Source: the human T2T-CHM13v2.0 reference genome, Homo sapiens. Taken from it: a stretch of 64,000 nucleotides of DNA. Under the pieces are notes generated by a model. It made no database searches and was not told where the DNA came from. It was given only the letters and a program-made list of their open reading frames with translations. Below are positions 52,311-64,000 of the stretch, one piece after another. The stretch lies in NCBI RefSeq assembly GCF_009914755.1, contig NC_060936.1; one strand, written 5' to 3'. The position numbers and the translations under genes are program-made. Every line of letters begins with the position of its first letter. The stretch's first letter is position 1.

Positions 52311-54399
52311 CTAAATGTAGACAATAGGCAAGTTAAGAAATCATTTTTAAATTTTCTCCAAAAAGGTTTCATTCATACCTTTCCCTCTGTTCTCCTTCCC
52401 TGGACCTAAGGATCAGTGAGAACTTCGCTTACACTGAGATAAACTTCTAGTAGACCCTGAATAAAAGTACAGATGCCTTTATGTTTATAGAAGTGTCTTT
52501 GCTTAAAGGCAGCAAATGATGGCCCTTCATCCTAAATCTAAATCTTGTTATGACTTCTTCCTATGCACAATTATTTAATAGTTCTTGTAACTTCTAGCAA
52601 AAAGAGAAATAGATGCAAATAAGACATTTAGTTTTATGACTATCATGAATCAACTCTTGAGCCCTTTTCTGGCTGCCAAAAACACCCCAAACTTCTCTTA
52701 ACTTTAGCATGACTAGCTGTAGGTTCTCTTTGCAGAGATGTCATTTCCTCATAAACAAAGCCCCAGTGAAAGGTTATTTTGCACCCTTATACTGTGAAAC
52801 ACGAAATGAGCTCCTTATCATATTTGTAGACCATTTATTCCACAGATTTCAGCTGTTCCCTAAAGATCACGAGGCTGTCTAGTTTTAATCAGTTAATATT
52901 GCAGACAGAGAGAGCAATCTCAAACTCACATCAACTTTGTAGGAGATAAGAATCACAGGCCAATAACACAGACATGCAAAACATATGACTTTTATAGAAC
53001 CCTTTTTTTCTGTTCTGAGTTTCTATCTTCTTACCATTGTATCCTCAGGATGTAACCAATGCCTAATACAGCATAGGTGTTCTATAAATATTTGTCAAAC
53101 CAATGAATGCTAAGATTAAAACTAATCTAAATAAGACAGCTACAAGTTTTCTATAATAATAATTGGCAAAATATAAAGAAGTAGGGGGGAAATTTAGAGC
53201 AATAAGTGTTATAGGAGAAATAAATGACCTCAATGAAACTTCCCTGTGTCTAATAGATCTTTATCTGAAAGCAATTCTGAACTTATTGACTTACTTTTTC
53301 TTTGGCCTGGAAGTACTAAATAATTACAGTGAACTTGATATTTTAAAAGATTCTCTCTGTCTTCCCCTAGGGCCCCATATAATTTTTCTGTTTTACATAA
53401 ATAACAGTAATACCAACAAAGAAAAAACTGAAACACTCTAAAGATGTTTGCTGTGATAAAGACATTGTGTTTGCATTTATGAAAACACAGCCACAATTGA
53501 CTTTATAATAACAGTATTTACATAACTAAACACAGCAGGGACGTCATTAAATGGCGTAAGAGGGAATCAGAGCTGAAAGTCTGCATTTGCCATTTCCCTA
53601 ACCAGGAATTAGTGAACCTCCAGTTACAAGATGAAAAAGCATTATATGCCAACTCTAGCAAGTTTTCATGACTACAGAGACTGCCGGGTTTTCTTCTTTC
53701 CTCTAGTATTTAGAAAGGAAGAAGTGAAAAGGGGTAGAAGGAGAAAAAGTATAAAATTTGATACCTTACTTTATTTTTCTTTTGTTTCTTGAATGATTGG
53801 GAACTTTATTATTTGTGTTATTGTCTATAATTAAGACACAATAGACATGAATTTCAGAATATGTAGATATCAGTTTGTAAGAAATCTCTCTTTCCAATTT
53901 TTTCATAAATCAACTTTATTTATCTTTAGAAGCCCCATTTAACCAGGTACAGAAATGTAATCCCAGTCAATTCAGGGCTTTCTTGCCGAATCCCCAGGAC
54001 GGTGTTTGTACTTGGGGAGCAGCCTTAGTAGCAGCAAGCCACTGAGTGCTGGCTGTGGAGCATCTCTTACTTACTGCATCTATGATGGAAGCATCCAATC
54101 AGAGTCCTTCATTGCCCCTGGTCCTCACTTATCATTCTGTGTAAGTTGCTGCTGGGTTGTCTCATTCCCACTGTCATGTCGTCTCCTTCCCCTCGAAGCT
54201 TACATGCTCATTTGGGAAATAAGAAACCTTAAATAGTAACACAAGTAATTGTGTTACTATTATCACCAAAATGGAGAATACAAGTGAGTGAATCAAGAAT
54301 CTGCTGTCTTCAAGAGACTCATATGAGAAAAGATGATGTAGAAGGGTATGCTTTAAGATGTACAATGCCATAGAAATATGTGGCTTTACTGGTACTTTT

Positions 54400-55235
54400 T
54401 CTAATTTACAAACTATTAGTCTATTGGAAAAGGGAAGTCATAAAACTTACAACTATGGCAAGTACTATGGAAATAAGTACAAAGTGCTATGAAAAAACAT
54501 AATAGCAAGGCTTAGATGAGTTTAGGGGAGAAGTAAATATTTTCTTGAGGAAATGACCATTGAACTGAGGTCTGAGGATGAGTAGTGATTAAAAAATTAA
54601 TTATATGGAGTGGAGGCTAGTTGTGAAAAAACAAGCTATGAACAGAAAACAGAACATCTTCAAAGGCCTATGAATTAAGGCCAATTTGAGAAATTAAAGA
54701 AGTTCAGTGTGGCTTCAGCATAAGAATAAGGATAGAATGGTAGAGGTAGCATTTTTGACAGCGCTTGTAGGCCATGGCAAGGATTTTGGTTTTTTAAGCT
54801 AACATTAGAAGAAGCAGAATTGTTTTAACCATCTGGTGTATGTGGGGCTATAACACATGATTAGATTTCTTTTGAAAAGATTGCTCTGAAATGTGCAGAA
54901 CAGATTGGAGGAGGTAAAAACCGTGTTTGAAGAAACAGGGGTGGTGATAACATGAGCTAGGGTAGTGTTATAATAAAGAGTGGTAGCAGATACTGCTAAG
55001 GCCAATCTGATGACTTGGTGTATAAATTACATTTGGGGGTTGAAGGAGAATGTTAGGTCAGAAAGAACTCTCAGTTTACAGGCTTCTAGAACAGAATAGA
55101 TGGAACTGCCTATCTTTTGATAGGGTCAAGTTTAAGGATTGATACTACATGTTTAGTTCCTATAATACTGGGTTTGAGGTGACTTTGAGATATCCAAGTA
55201 CAAATGTTGCAAAGATCCTGAACTCAAGAGAAAAA
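54400..55235 (-). mobile_element. L2
   Basis: tgaggaaatgaccattgaactgaggtctgaggatgagt...cttgtaggccatggcaaggattttgg...gtttgaggtgactttgagatatccaagt. Confidence 0.75.
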
Positions 55236-55920
55236 CTCTCTGATGCCTTGTGATTCACAATTATTAATTGATTGAGGTATGGTAAATAAAACTCGCTAAA
55301 TGATTCAGTATAACTTTTGCCATGGAATTATACATGTTTCTATACTATATCTGTGCAGATCAAAATCAAGTGAAAAATGGAAATGCCATATAGGAGAGGA
55401 AAAATGCTTTTGGGGAAAAATTTGGAAAGATTTAACCTTAGTATTCTAATAAACTTAATAATCAGATTTTTTAAACGTCCTTCTGATATTCATGCAGACA
55501 ATTTAGTTTTAAGGGTGGGGGCATCTACCAGTAATTTATTGTGTGAAAAAATAAAATTCTATAGGTAAAATAAATAACCCATTTTGAAAAGCATCTGTAA
55601 TTAAAAAATGGAAACATCTTCATGAAGATACTATCACAGGATTGCACAAACTTTATGTCAGATGGCAAACTCCTCAAGGAGAAGGTATCTGCTCTACTTT
55701 TTCTCTCTCTAATGCATAGAATGGCATCTAATACACATAGACAAAACATTTCTTGACAATTCCTGGAATGTATGCATGCAGCAGCACTGTACAGGAGTAT
55801 ATAAATTATGTTATGTTCACTAATAATTTTGTATAAAGTTTTTCTTTTGCTAGGCGAGCTTTTCCTCTCCAAAGAAGGATTTCTGAGGAGACAGAACTGG
55901 AACTTTCTGTCCTCCCAATA

Positions 55921-55939
55921 CCTGTTGCCAGGCAACAGG
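55921..55939. promoter_or_regulatory. Palindromic RFX X-box candidate
   Basis: cctgttgcc-a-ggcaacagg is a perfect 19-bp palindrome; core GTTGCCAGGCAAC. Confidence 0.5.
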
Positions 55940-56399
55940 CATCTGGCAGTTCTTCTGGTAATTTTCAGCAGCTAGCCCTTCAACCAAACAATGAACACTT
56001 CAGGGAAGCATCTAAACCCACATGCTATCTTGGGGGCCATGAAGTTTTACACCTAGAAGAAATATTTAACTTACATAATAAGATTTTCAAAGTCACACTT
56101 CAAACTTTCCTCAAAATGAAATGTCACTATTATTCAATCATGAGTTCATCAATAAAATATTAAAGAAAGAGAAAAATATTTTCATAGAATTAAAAATTAA
56201 GAAGTACATAATAAAATGTCCCTTTGGCTCATAATTTCAATTGTTGAAAAATTACAAATCATTATCATTTATTATTTTTTGTTAAAATCCGATTTTGTGG
56301 TCTATTCTCAGTTATTTATTTTATACAAAAGCAGTTTTATATGTAATAACATAGATATTTAAATATCATAAATAGTATTTACTAAAAATAGCAGACCCT

Positions 56400-59090
56400 G
56401 AACTTCTGTTTATTACTAAAATGGAGCAAGAGGGGTCATATTTGTCCTCCCAGTTGAAAGAGTTTAAAAACTAGACAAAACAAATGAAATGATAATTTTC
56501 TAGACACTGGATGTTAAACAATGATGGAAAATAATTACTGAGAGAGAGGAAACAAATGGTGTGAGCCCTGCAGTTACTTCCTGGAGTAAGTTTCTATAAC
56601 AGAGCAGGGAGAAGAACTCAGACAAAGTCTATTGGTCTTTCTGAGTTGGGGAAATAGAGCTGAGAGTTAGGAAAAACTAAGGAGTTTAGTGTAGTGGAGA
56701 GAAGAAAGCTTTACCTCCAGAAAATCGCAGAAGGTCCCCCTTGAATATTCAGCTGAGGGCTGATCAAAGACGTCTTTGGATAAATTACCTGAAGCTGGGG
56801 AAAGAACCACTCAAAAGACTTAGAGGGAACAGTCCCTGGATCTTTCACAGGGCTGGGAATAGCATCTGTACCCACTAACCATGGTTGAGGAGGGGCAAAG
56901 GGTGGACTATAATTTATGGGTACTGGTTAATCAGAAGGATATTGTCCCAATGGTGAATCAAAATTACCTGTAAACTTATTGCTCCTCTGGTAATGCCTAA
57001 AAATCCTTAAATGAAGTCTAAATGGATGAAAATATTTAACAGTAGCTTCACCATTTCCAGAATAAGCCTACTTACAGTAATACAAAAATATTTAATGTAC
57101 AACAAGATACATTACAGTGTCTGGCATCCAATCAAAAATTACAAAACTCACAAATAAACAAGAAAATTTTATTTATGATTAGGAGAAAAAATTATTAAAT
57201 TAAAATCAGCACAGTATGATAGAGTTAGTAAAGAATAACATTAAAGCAGTTATTATAACTATTTTATATATTGAAGGATCTAGAGGAAAGATTAAAATGT
57301 TGAGTAGAGACATAGAAAATATCTTAAAAATTAAAATCAAACTTCTAGATATAAAAACCATAATGCCTAAGATGAAAACTACAGTGTAAGTCATTAATGG
57401 CAGAACAGACATTGCAGAAAAAAATACGAACTTAAAGAGATAGAATGAACATCAGTGAAATCTGGGTCAATTTCAAGCAGATGAACATTCTTCTTAAAAT
57501 GTGTCTGAATCAGAATTGGACACATTTTGGAGAGTAGTGTGAAGGACATGGAGACCAAAAGGAGAGGACACAGAGGAATATAAAAAAAATTAGAAGAAAT
57601 AATGGCCATTTTACCCCCAAATTTGATGAAAACTATAAACTCACATGTTCAAGAAGTGGAAAACCAAACTAAAAAGCAGGCATAGAACATGAAGAAAACT
57701 ACATCCAGGCACATCATAATCATATTGCTCAAAGTGAATAAAGTATAAATGGGGCAAATAGAAAACAGAAAGATGGTAGTCTTTAACCCTACCTTATCAG
57801 TAATCACATTAGAAGGAAGAGATTCACATATCGGATAAAATAGCAAGACCCAACTACATGCTGCTCACAAAACGTACATTTTAAGTGCAAAGACACAAAT
57901 AGATTAGAAATAAAATGAAGGGAAAAGGTATACCATGCTGACACTAACCAAAAAGAATCTATAATGGTTGTGCTAAAATCAGACACAGTGGATTTCAAAG
58001 CAAAAATGTTAGCAGACATATAAAGCATAACTTTATAATGATAAAGGGATATATTCACCAAGAAAACATATTAATATTAAAAGTTTGTATGCCTAAAACC
58101 AGAGCATCATAGTACATGAAACAAAAATGGATAGAACTGTAAGGAAAATAGACAAATCCTAAAAATCCAACAGAATAAGCAGACAAAAATGTCAGTAAGG
58201 ACACTGAAGACATGAACAGCATAGCAACCAAATTGTCTAGTTGACATTTAAAAACCCTTCACTTGACACAGCAGAATGTACATTCCTTTCAAGGGCATGA
58301 ACATTTACCAGTATAGACCATGTCTGAACCATAAAACAAGCCTCAAAAATTTGAGTGGATTCACGCCATGCAGTGTCTGTTCTCTTATCACCATGAAATT
58401 AAAGTTAAAATTAACAGGAGAAAGATACATGAAAAAAATCCCCAAATATTTGAAAACTGAATAGTATACTTTTAAATAACCCATGGGCCAAATAATAAGT
58501 CAAAAGGTAAATTTAAAATTTAAAGGTACTTTAACTTTAAATTATGTTATGTTCAATAATTTTGTATAAAGTTATTCTTTACATGAGAAAAACAATAAAA
58601 TACAAATACAAACAAAAAATTGTGGGGTGCAGCTAAGAAGTACTTAGAAGATGAATAAATAAGCTGTAAACTATTCATAATTTGAAATATGACTCAGAAA
58701 TAAGTAGGAATGGACTTTTGAAATGTATAACATACAGAAATATTAAAATAATTATGCTGAATAAAACAAGCCAGACAAAAATAAGTATATGTTCTATTAT
58801 TCCATTCATATACATTTCTAAAAATCCAAATTATCTATAGTAACGTAAAGCAGATCATCATTGGTTTTCATGTGACAAGGGGTAAGGGGCAGGAATGGGT
58901 AGAAAGCAGAATTACATAGCAGAATGGGACACACTTGGGGAGGTAGTGTAAAAACACCTTTATTATTATTACCTTGATTAAGTTGATGGTTTCTTATATG
59001 CACATGTATGTCAAAATGTGAGTTTGTATATTTTGAATATTTGCAATTTATTGTATATCAAATATATATCTAACACACCTGTTAAAAATA
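56400..59090 (+). mobile_element. Old L1M (L1MD/ME-like) with 5' region, ORF1/ORF2 remnants and 3' end
   Basis: aaactagacaaaacaaatgaaatg; ccaaatttgatgaaaactataaac; gcaagacccaactacatgctg; attccattcatatacatttctaaaaatcc. Confidence 0.8.
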
Positions 59091-59771
59091 AATAATGGCA
59101 ATAACTGGTGACGGTAATGAAATAAAATAGCATGACCTATTTCTACATAAATCCTGAGAGAGGAGACACTGCACAAGACTTCCGGTTGTAAAAATCTCAC
59201 CCTAGTAAACCTCCCTCTCCTGGTGGAGTGAAGAAATGTTCCTGAGGAAACAAGTTAGCAATTCAAATATAGGTTGGTTTGCCACTGATGCATTATACAT
59301 TCTGTTCCTCAAAGCTTACAGAAAATCTTCCAGCTATCATGTAGTTTCTATTTTAACTGAGCTTAGCATTTTCCCATTTGTAATGCTGTACTTTAATATC
59401 TGAAGATGTGATTATCTTGTTAATTAAAACAATGAATACTGAAATAACTTTGATAGGATGAGTCTTTAAAATGCGTTTATACAAAACTCAGTAAGCTAAG
59501 TAAGTAGATATAGATATTTTGTCTCTAATTAGGTGGTGGCAGGTATCAACCATTGTGAAGCTTGTAAATGATTCCTGGATTTTAAGGGCCACTAGAGTAG
59601 TTTACTGACATCAGCTGCCAAGCTTATTTTGGTCAGTGCTCTATACCCAGAGCTTAGCACAGCATCTGTCACTAAGTGAAGGCTCAGCAAATGCTTTTTG
59701 AATAGCTGAATGCATCACAAGTGGGACTGCAGAGTTTGGAGTGGAAATATCGTTTGCATTGATAGGAAAAA

Positions 59772-59798
59772 CAGCAGCAGCAGCAGCAGCAGCAACAA
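59772..59798 (+). repeat. (CAG)7(CAA)2 short trinucleotide repeat
   Basis: Directly visible. Confidence 0.9.
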
Positions 59799-60228
59799 CA
59801 AAACACCTTCTATACCCATGGCACAAAAATTTACAAAAGATTAAGTAATTTAATTTGTTTTTCCAAGGATGGAAAGATGTCTCAGGGTCACATGTTGATG
59901 CTAGACCTCATACTTTATATGGTTAATAGGGTGGTCTGTCACTGATATTTTCTGGAGGAGTTTCTCTGAGTGAAATAGTTGATCCAAAGGTGGTAGCATC
60001 AGTGAGTTGTTAAGAATAGTCTCGATGATTTCCCCTCACATTCAAGTTGAACTCCAGTGACTTTATTATGTCCTACCTACAAGGCTGTATAAGTCGTGGC
60101 TGTGGATATCTACCAACCTCAATTCTCACCATCGGTTTCACTTTCCCTGCTGTTATTTATCACACCTGCCTTCTTATCACTCACAGAATGTGCTAAGTGC
60201 ATTCCAGTCACGGGACTTCTGCAATTCT

Positions 60229-60523
60229 GGTTTTTTTTTTTTTTTTTTTTGAGACGGAGTCTCGCTCTGCGCTCAGGCTGGAGTGCAGTGGCGCGATCCT
60301 GGCTCACTGCAAGCTCCGCCTTCGGGGTTCAGCCATTCTCCTGCCTCAGTAGTAGCTGGGACTACAGGTGCCCGCCACCGCGCCTGGCTAATTTTTTGTA
60401 TTTTTAGTAGAGACAGAGTTTCACTGTGTTAGCCAGGATGGTCTCGATCTCCTGACCTCCTGATCCACCCGCCTTGGCCTCCTAAAGTGCTGGGATTACA
60501 GACGTGAGCCACCTCGCCCAGCC
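60229..60523 (-). mobile_element. AluY inserted in an L2 remnant
   Basis: gcaagctccgcc and gttagccaggatggtctcgatctcc; perfect TSD tgcaattct at 60220-60228 and 60524-60532. Confidence 0.93.
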
Positions 60524-61109
60524 TGCAATTCTTAATTGCCTTAATTGGAATATTCTTTTTGGTATTTTATGGGATTCTTTGCTTTTATCCCAAATTGAAT
60601 TTAAGATTTAAAATACATACATATATATATATACACACACACACGCACACGCCTAGATTGTTCAATTTAGCTTTCACTTTCTGTAACTTTAAAACTAAAA
60701 TGGGAAAGCCACCATACCTTGGAATCTGTGACAACTTGAAATATACCTGGACTTTTTTTTTTTCAGCTATTTATGTTGACATAAATGCCAACCAACTTAG
60801 CCATTATCTGTTCTACCTGAGACATAAAAGATATTAAGACCAGGATAAAAGTTTTTTATGTGATAGTATGGTGTGGGCATAGTTGAGTTTCATTTTGTGG
60901 GTTCATTTTATGAACTAATTAGCATGTAACTTAAAATGTCACCCATGTACTTTAACATTCTCTTAATTTTGATTTCACCATTGCACATAAATAGTATCTT
61001 CTTGATTCCGTTGTTTCATCTTTTGGTTTTGATAAAAATCTTGTCTATATTTTGTGAAAATATAAATAAGCCTCTAGTTTGGTGGTAACATGTAGACTGA
61101 GATGTTCAC

Positions 61110-61300
61110 AAGCTTTAAAATATATATTAAATATTAAAATATATAAATACTTATATTTATGTATAAATGTAGATATATTTAAATATTTATATATATTTCT
61201 CTTTATAATTATTCATCTTCCCCCATATCCTTCTTCTTGTCCTTTCTTTTTCTTTTTTCTTCCTCATCTTCATCTTCTTTTCCTTCTTCTTTTCCTCTTC
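61110..61300. repeat. AT-rich and (TTC)-like low-complexity sequence
   Basis: Directly visible. Confidence 0.7.
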
Positions 61301-61502
61301 CATAAAAATTTCTTAATATCTTTTACCCGCTATAGTTTAAATCTTGGTAGTTGTTTTTCAGCAAAATAGAAGGTTTCTCTACCCTCATTCCAAAAGACAA
61401 AAAATTTAAAAGTTGCATCTCTATTTGTAGATATGAACTTCATTCTGTCCTATGAAAGAAAACCACAACTATACTTCATTCAGTAATGGGAATGGCCACT
61501 GG

Positions 61503-61549
61503 AAAAACTAAAACTAAAAATACTAAAAACTAAAACTAAAAAAACTAAA
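61503..61549. repeat. (AAAACT)n-like simple repeat
   Basis: aaaaactaaaactaaaaatactaaaaactaaaactaaa. Confidence 0.8.
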
Positions 61550-62190
61550 GCTGGTAAAATACCTTTAATCCAATAAAAGCTAGAGTATATCATGGCTGTT
61601 CTCATTCAAAGAAACAGTATTTACTAGAGGCTCTGAAAGAAGCAAATTAAAAAGTCTGTATTATTACAGGCAGAAAGTATTGTAAAAATCTTATCTATAA
61701 TTTATTTCCACAAACTCTTCATAGCAGCTACTCCCTTATCTTTCTCCACATTTTTCTCTTTAAAATGTCTTAGAAATTCTCCTTCATTCTACCTTATGCC
61801 TCTTAAATCATTGAATTCAATGGGGGAAGAAGAGTTTTACCTTCCTTGGTTAGAGCTTTACTTTCCACAACCACTCAATAAAAGCCCAGGTCCTGTGGCT
61901 GCCAGAGTAATGAGGGCCTCTTCCTCCTTTGAAAACATATCCTAATGTGTTTGTCCCCATCTCTGTCTTATGTGTCTTTAATGCTGCTCTACATTCCATC
62001 TCTGCTCCATTATCTGCAATCTTGGCCCTCTTTTCCGTATAAATTTTCAATTGTAAAAGATTCACTCACATTTAGAATAGAATAAGCCAGACATTTATAT
62101 ACATTACAAAATGATCTTAAGGCCAGGACAATGAAGAGCGGAAATGAAGAAATCGCTGATGATTGGCATAAAGGGAACTGAGAAGGGTGT

Positions 62191-62551
62191 TTATATGGTT
62201 CAGCTGTGTCCCCACCCAAATCTCATCTTGAATTGTAGCTCCCATAATTCTCACATGTTGTGGGAGGGACCCAGTGGGAGATAATTGAATCATGGGGGTG
62301 GGTTACCTCATACTGTTCCCATGGTAGTGAATATGTCTCATGAGATCTGATGGTTTTATAAGGGGTTTTCCCTTTCACTTGGCTCTCATTCTCCTTTGTC
62401 TGCCACCATGTAAGACATGCCTTTTGCCTTCCGCCATGATTGTGAGGCCTCCCCAGCCATGTGGCACTGTGATTCCATTAAACCTCTTTTTCTTAATAAA
62501 TTACCCAGTCTCGGGTATGTCTTTATAGCAGCATGAAAACTGACTAATGTA
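62191..62551 (+). mobile_element. THE1 solo LTR
   Basis: atatggttcagctgtgtccccacccaaatctcatcttgaattgtagctccc...gactaatgta; TSD ggtgt / ggtct. Confidence 0.93.
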
Positions 62552-63462
62552 GGTCTGTTTATGGTGGCACTCATACCACGGGACATGAAAGAAAGCTTTC
62601 CAACAGCCTGCTCTACCTGCTCTTAGGAACAGCTTAGCAATCTCCTGAATAAATAGTTGCCTTCAAATCTTTAGTAACAAAGTTCTCACAGGGGTAGATA
62701 TGGAAAGTGAAAAAGTGAAAAGGGTACACCTCCAGCAGTTGCATTATTGTGAAATTATTAATATAGTACAAAAGTCCATCACTTAAAATGTCAGTTTCAA
62801 GCAAAAGCAGTGACATGGAGATAGTTTGGGAATTAGCTGACATCACAGATCTTCAGTTGTTTTCAAGTTTCTAAAGATGGTTTGCATAGCAAATTGGTAT
62901 AAAATCTACATATTTGCTTTGACTCATTTCCTCTGTCTTATATTTCATTAGTACATATTTGAACTTTTAAAGGTTGTTCTGACCTGCACTATAAGATTAA
63001 GAATTGACAGTGTTTGGGAAGTGGATTCTATGTCACACAAGATAAAACACCCTAAGATTGCCATTACAAATAAGTGATGTTTGTATTAGCATAAAAACAG
63101 TGAACTACCAAATTTATTTGTATTTCTTCTTAGGATAACATTTAAATAATTTCTTATAAACAAAATAATTGGATTAATATGGAAAGAAAATAAAGTAAAA
63201 GGTTCTGAAAGCTCATGCTGCTTCAACTTCTTTGGTCGTTTTTACCAGTCATGGGAAAACCAGAAGCTAAAGTCATTATTTGGGTAGCTAAGTAAAGGCT
63301 TATAGCATTGAAAAGTGAAAGAAAAACAGGTGAAGGGAGACAGTTTCTCTCAGTTACGTCAGCAAGACTAGTTAGTAAGGAACATCATTCATATACAAGG
63401 CAAGAATTAGAGCTATGGCTAATAAAATACAAAGCACTTGCACATCTTTTGGGAGAGAGCTA

Positions 63463-63680
63463 TTTTATTTTTTATTATACTTTAAGTTCTGGGGTACATG
63501 TGCAGAACGTGCAGTTTCGTTACATAGGAATACACGTCCCATGGTGGTTTGCTGCACCCATCAACCCATTACCTACACTAGGTATTTCTCCTAATGCTAT
63601 CCCTCCTCTAGCCCCCACAACCCCCAACAGACCCCGGTATGTGATGGTCCCCTCCCTATGTCCATGTGTTCTCATTGTTT
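63463..63680 (-). mobile_element. Short L1PA (about PA5-7) 3' end
   Basis: ttattatactttaagttctggggtacatgtgcagaacgtgcag...tccatgtgttctcattgtt. Confidence 0.92.
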
Positions 63681-64000
63681 AAAAGCAAGAATCCCATCTT
63701 TAGCATTTTAATTAAGCACAAAATGGTTATGGTTAAACACACACATTTAAAATGTCCATTTTCCACAAGTGGTCTTAATGATGGAGGTGCTCTTTACAAT
63801 GGGTATGCCTGTCAGGTTAAAAAAAGTTTCTGTTATAAAATAATAAGAAGGGTAGAAAGGAAAATCCTGGGCATCATTTAAACAATTTTTGTGACTTTTT
63901 TTAGGAGAAAGAACTGAGGCCCAAAAAACAGTAGTTCACACATTCATTTAATGTCAAAGGCCGCACTCGAATCCAAGGCTGAATTTCAAGCCAACGATTT

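Noticed and set aside
59772-59798. CAG repeat as polyQ or polyA coding sequence
   Set aside because: Only 7 units and no supported exon or ORF context

Overview
Primate (human-like) non-coding genomic DNA, AT-rich and mostly interspersed repeats. I recognise no exon of a known protein-coding gene; the ORF track is almost all decayed L1, THE1, L2 and Alu frames or chance ORFs. Repeats include a full-length THE1 MaLR provirus with TSD inside an old L1, an MLT2A (HERV-L) solo LTR nested in a MER67/MER31-like LTR, several ERV1 solo LTRs with TSDs, L1MA/L1PB/L1PA/L1M fragments, three Alus, and L2, MIR and DNA-transposon fossils. The most notable items are: (1) a U6 snRNA/L1 chimeric retrocopy with about 3.8 kb of L1; (2) a class III ERV remnant combining an ERV-L-type integrase with a gamma-type env TM; (3) a near-perfect 3x91-bp tandem array at the start of an LTR; (4) a fold-back hairpin insertion and two non-tandem local copies 2-3 kb from their templates; (5) a speculative + strand spliced transcript downstream of DUX4-motif LTRs, with a 37-aa smORF and a canonical poly(A) site; (6) a perfect palindromic RFX X-box. 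Repeat subfamily names come from recalled consensus sequences and need RepeatMasker/Dfam confirmation; boundaries without a TSD are approximate.
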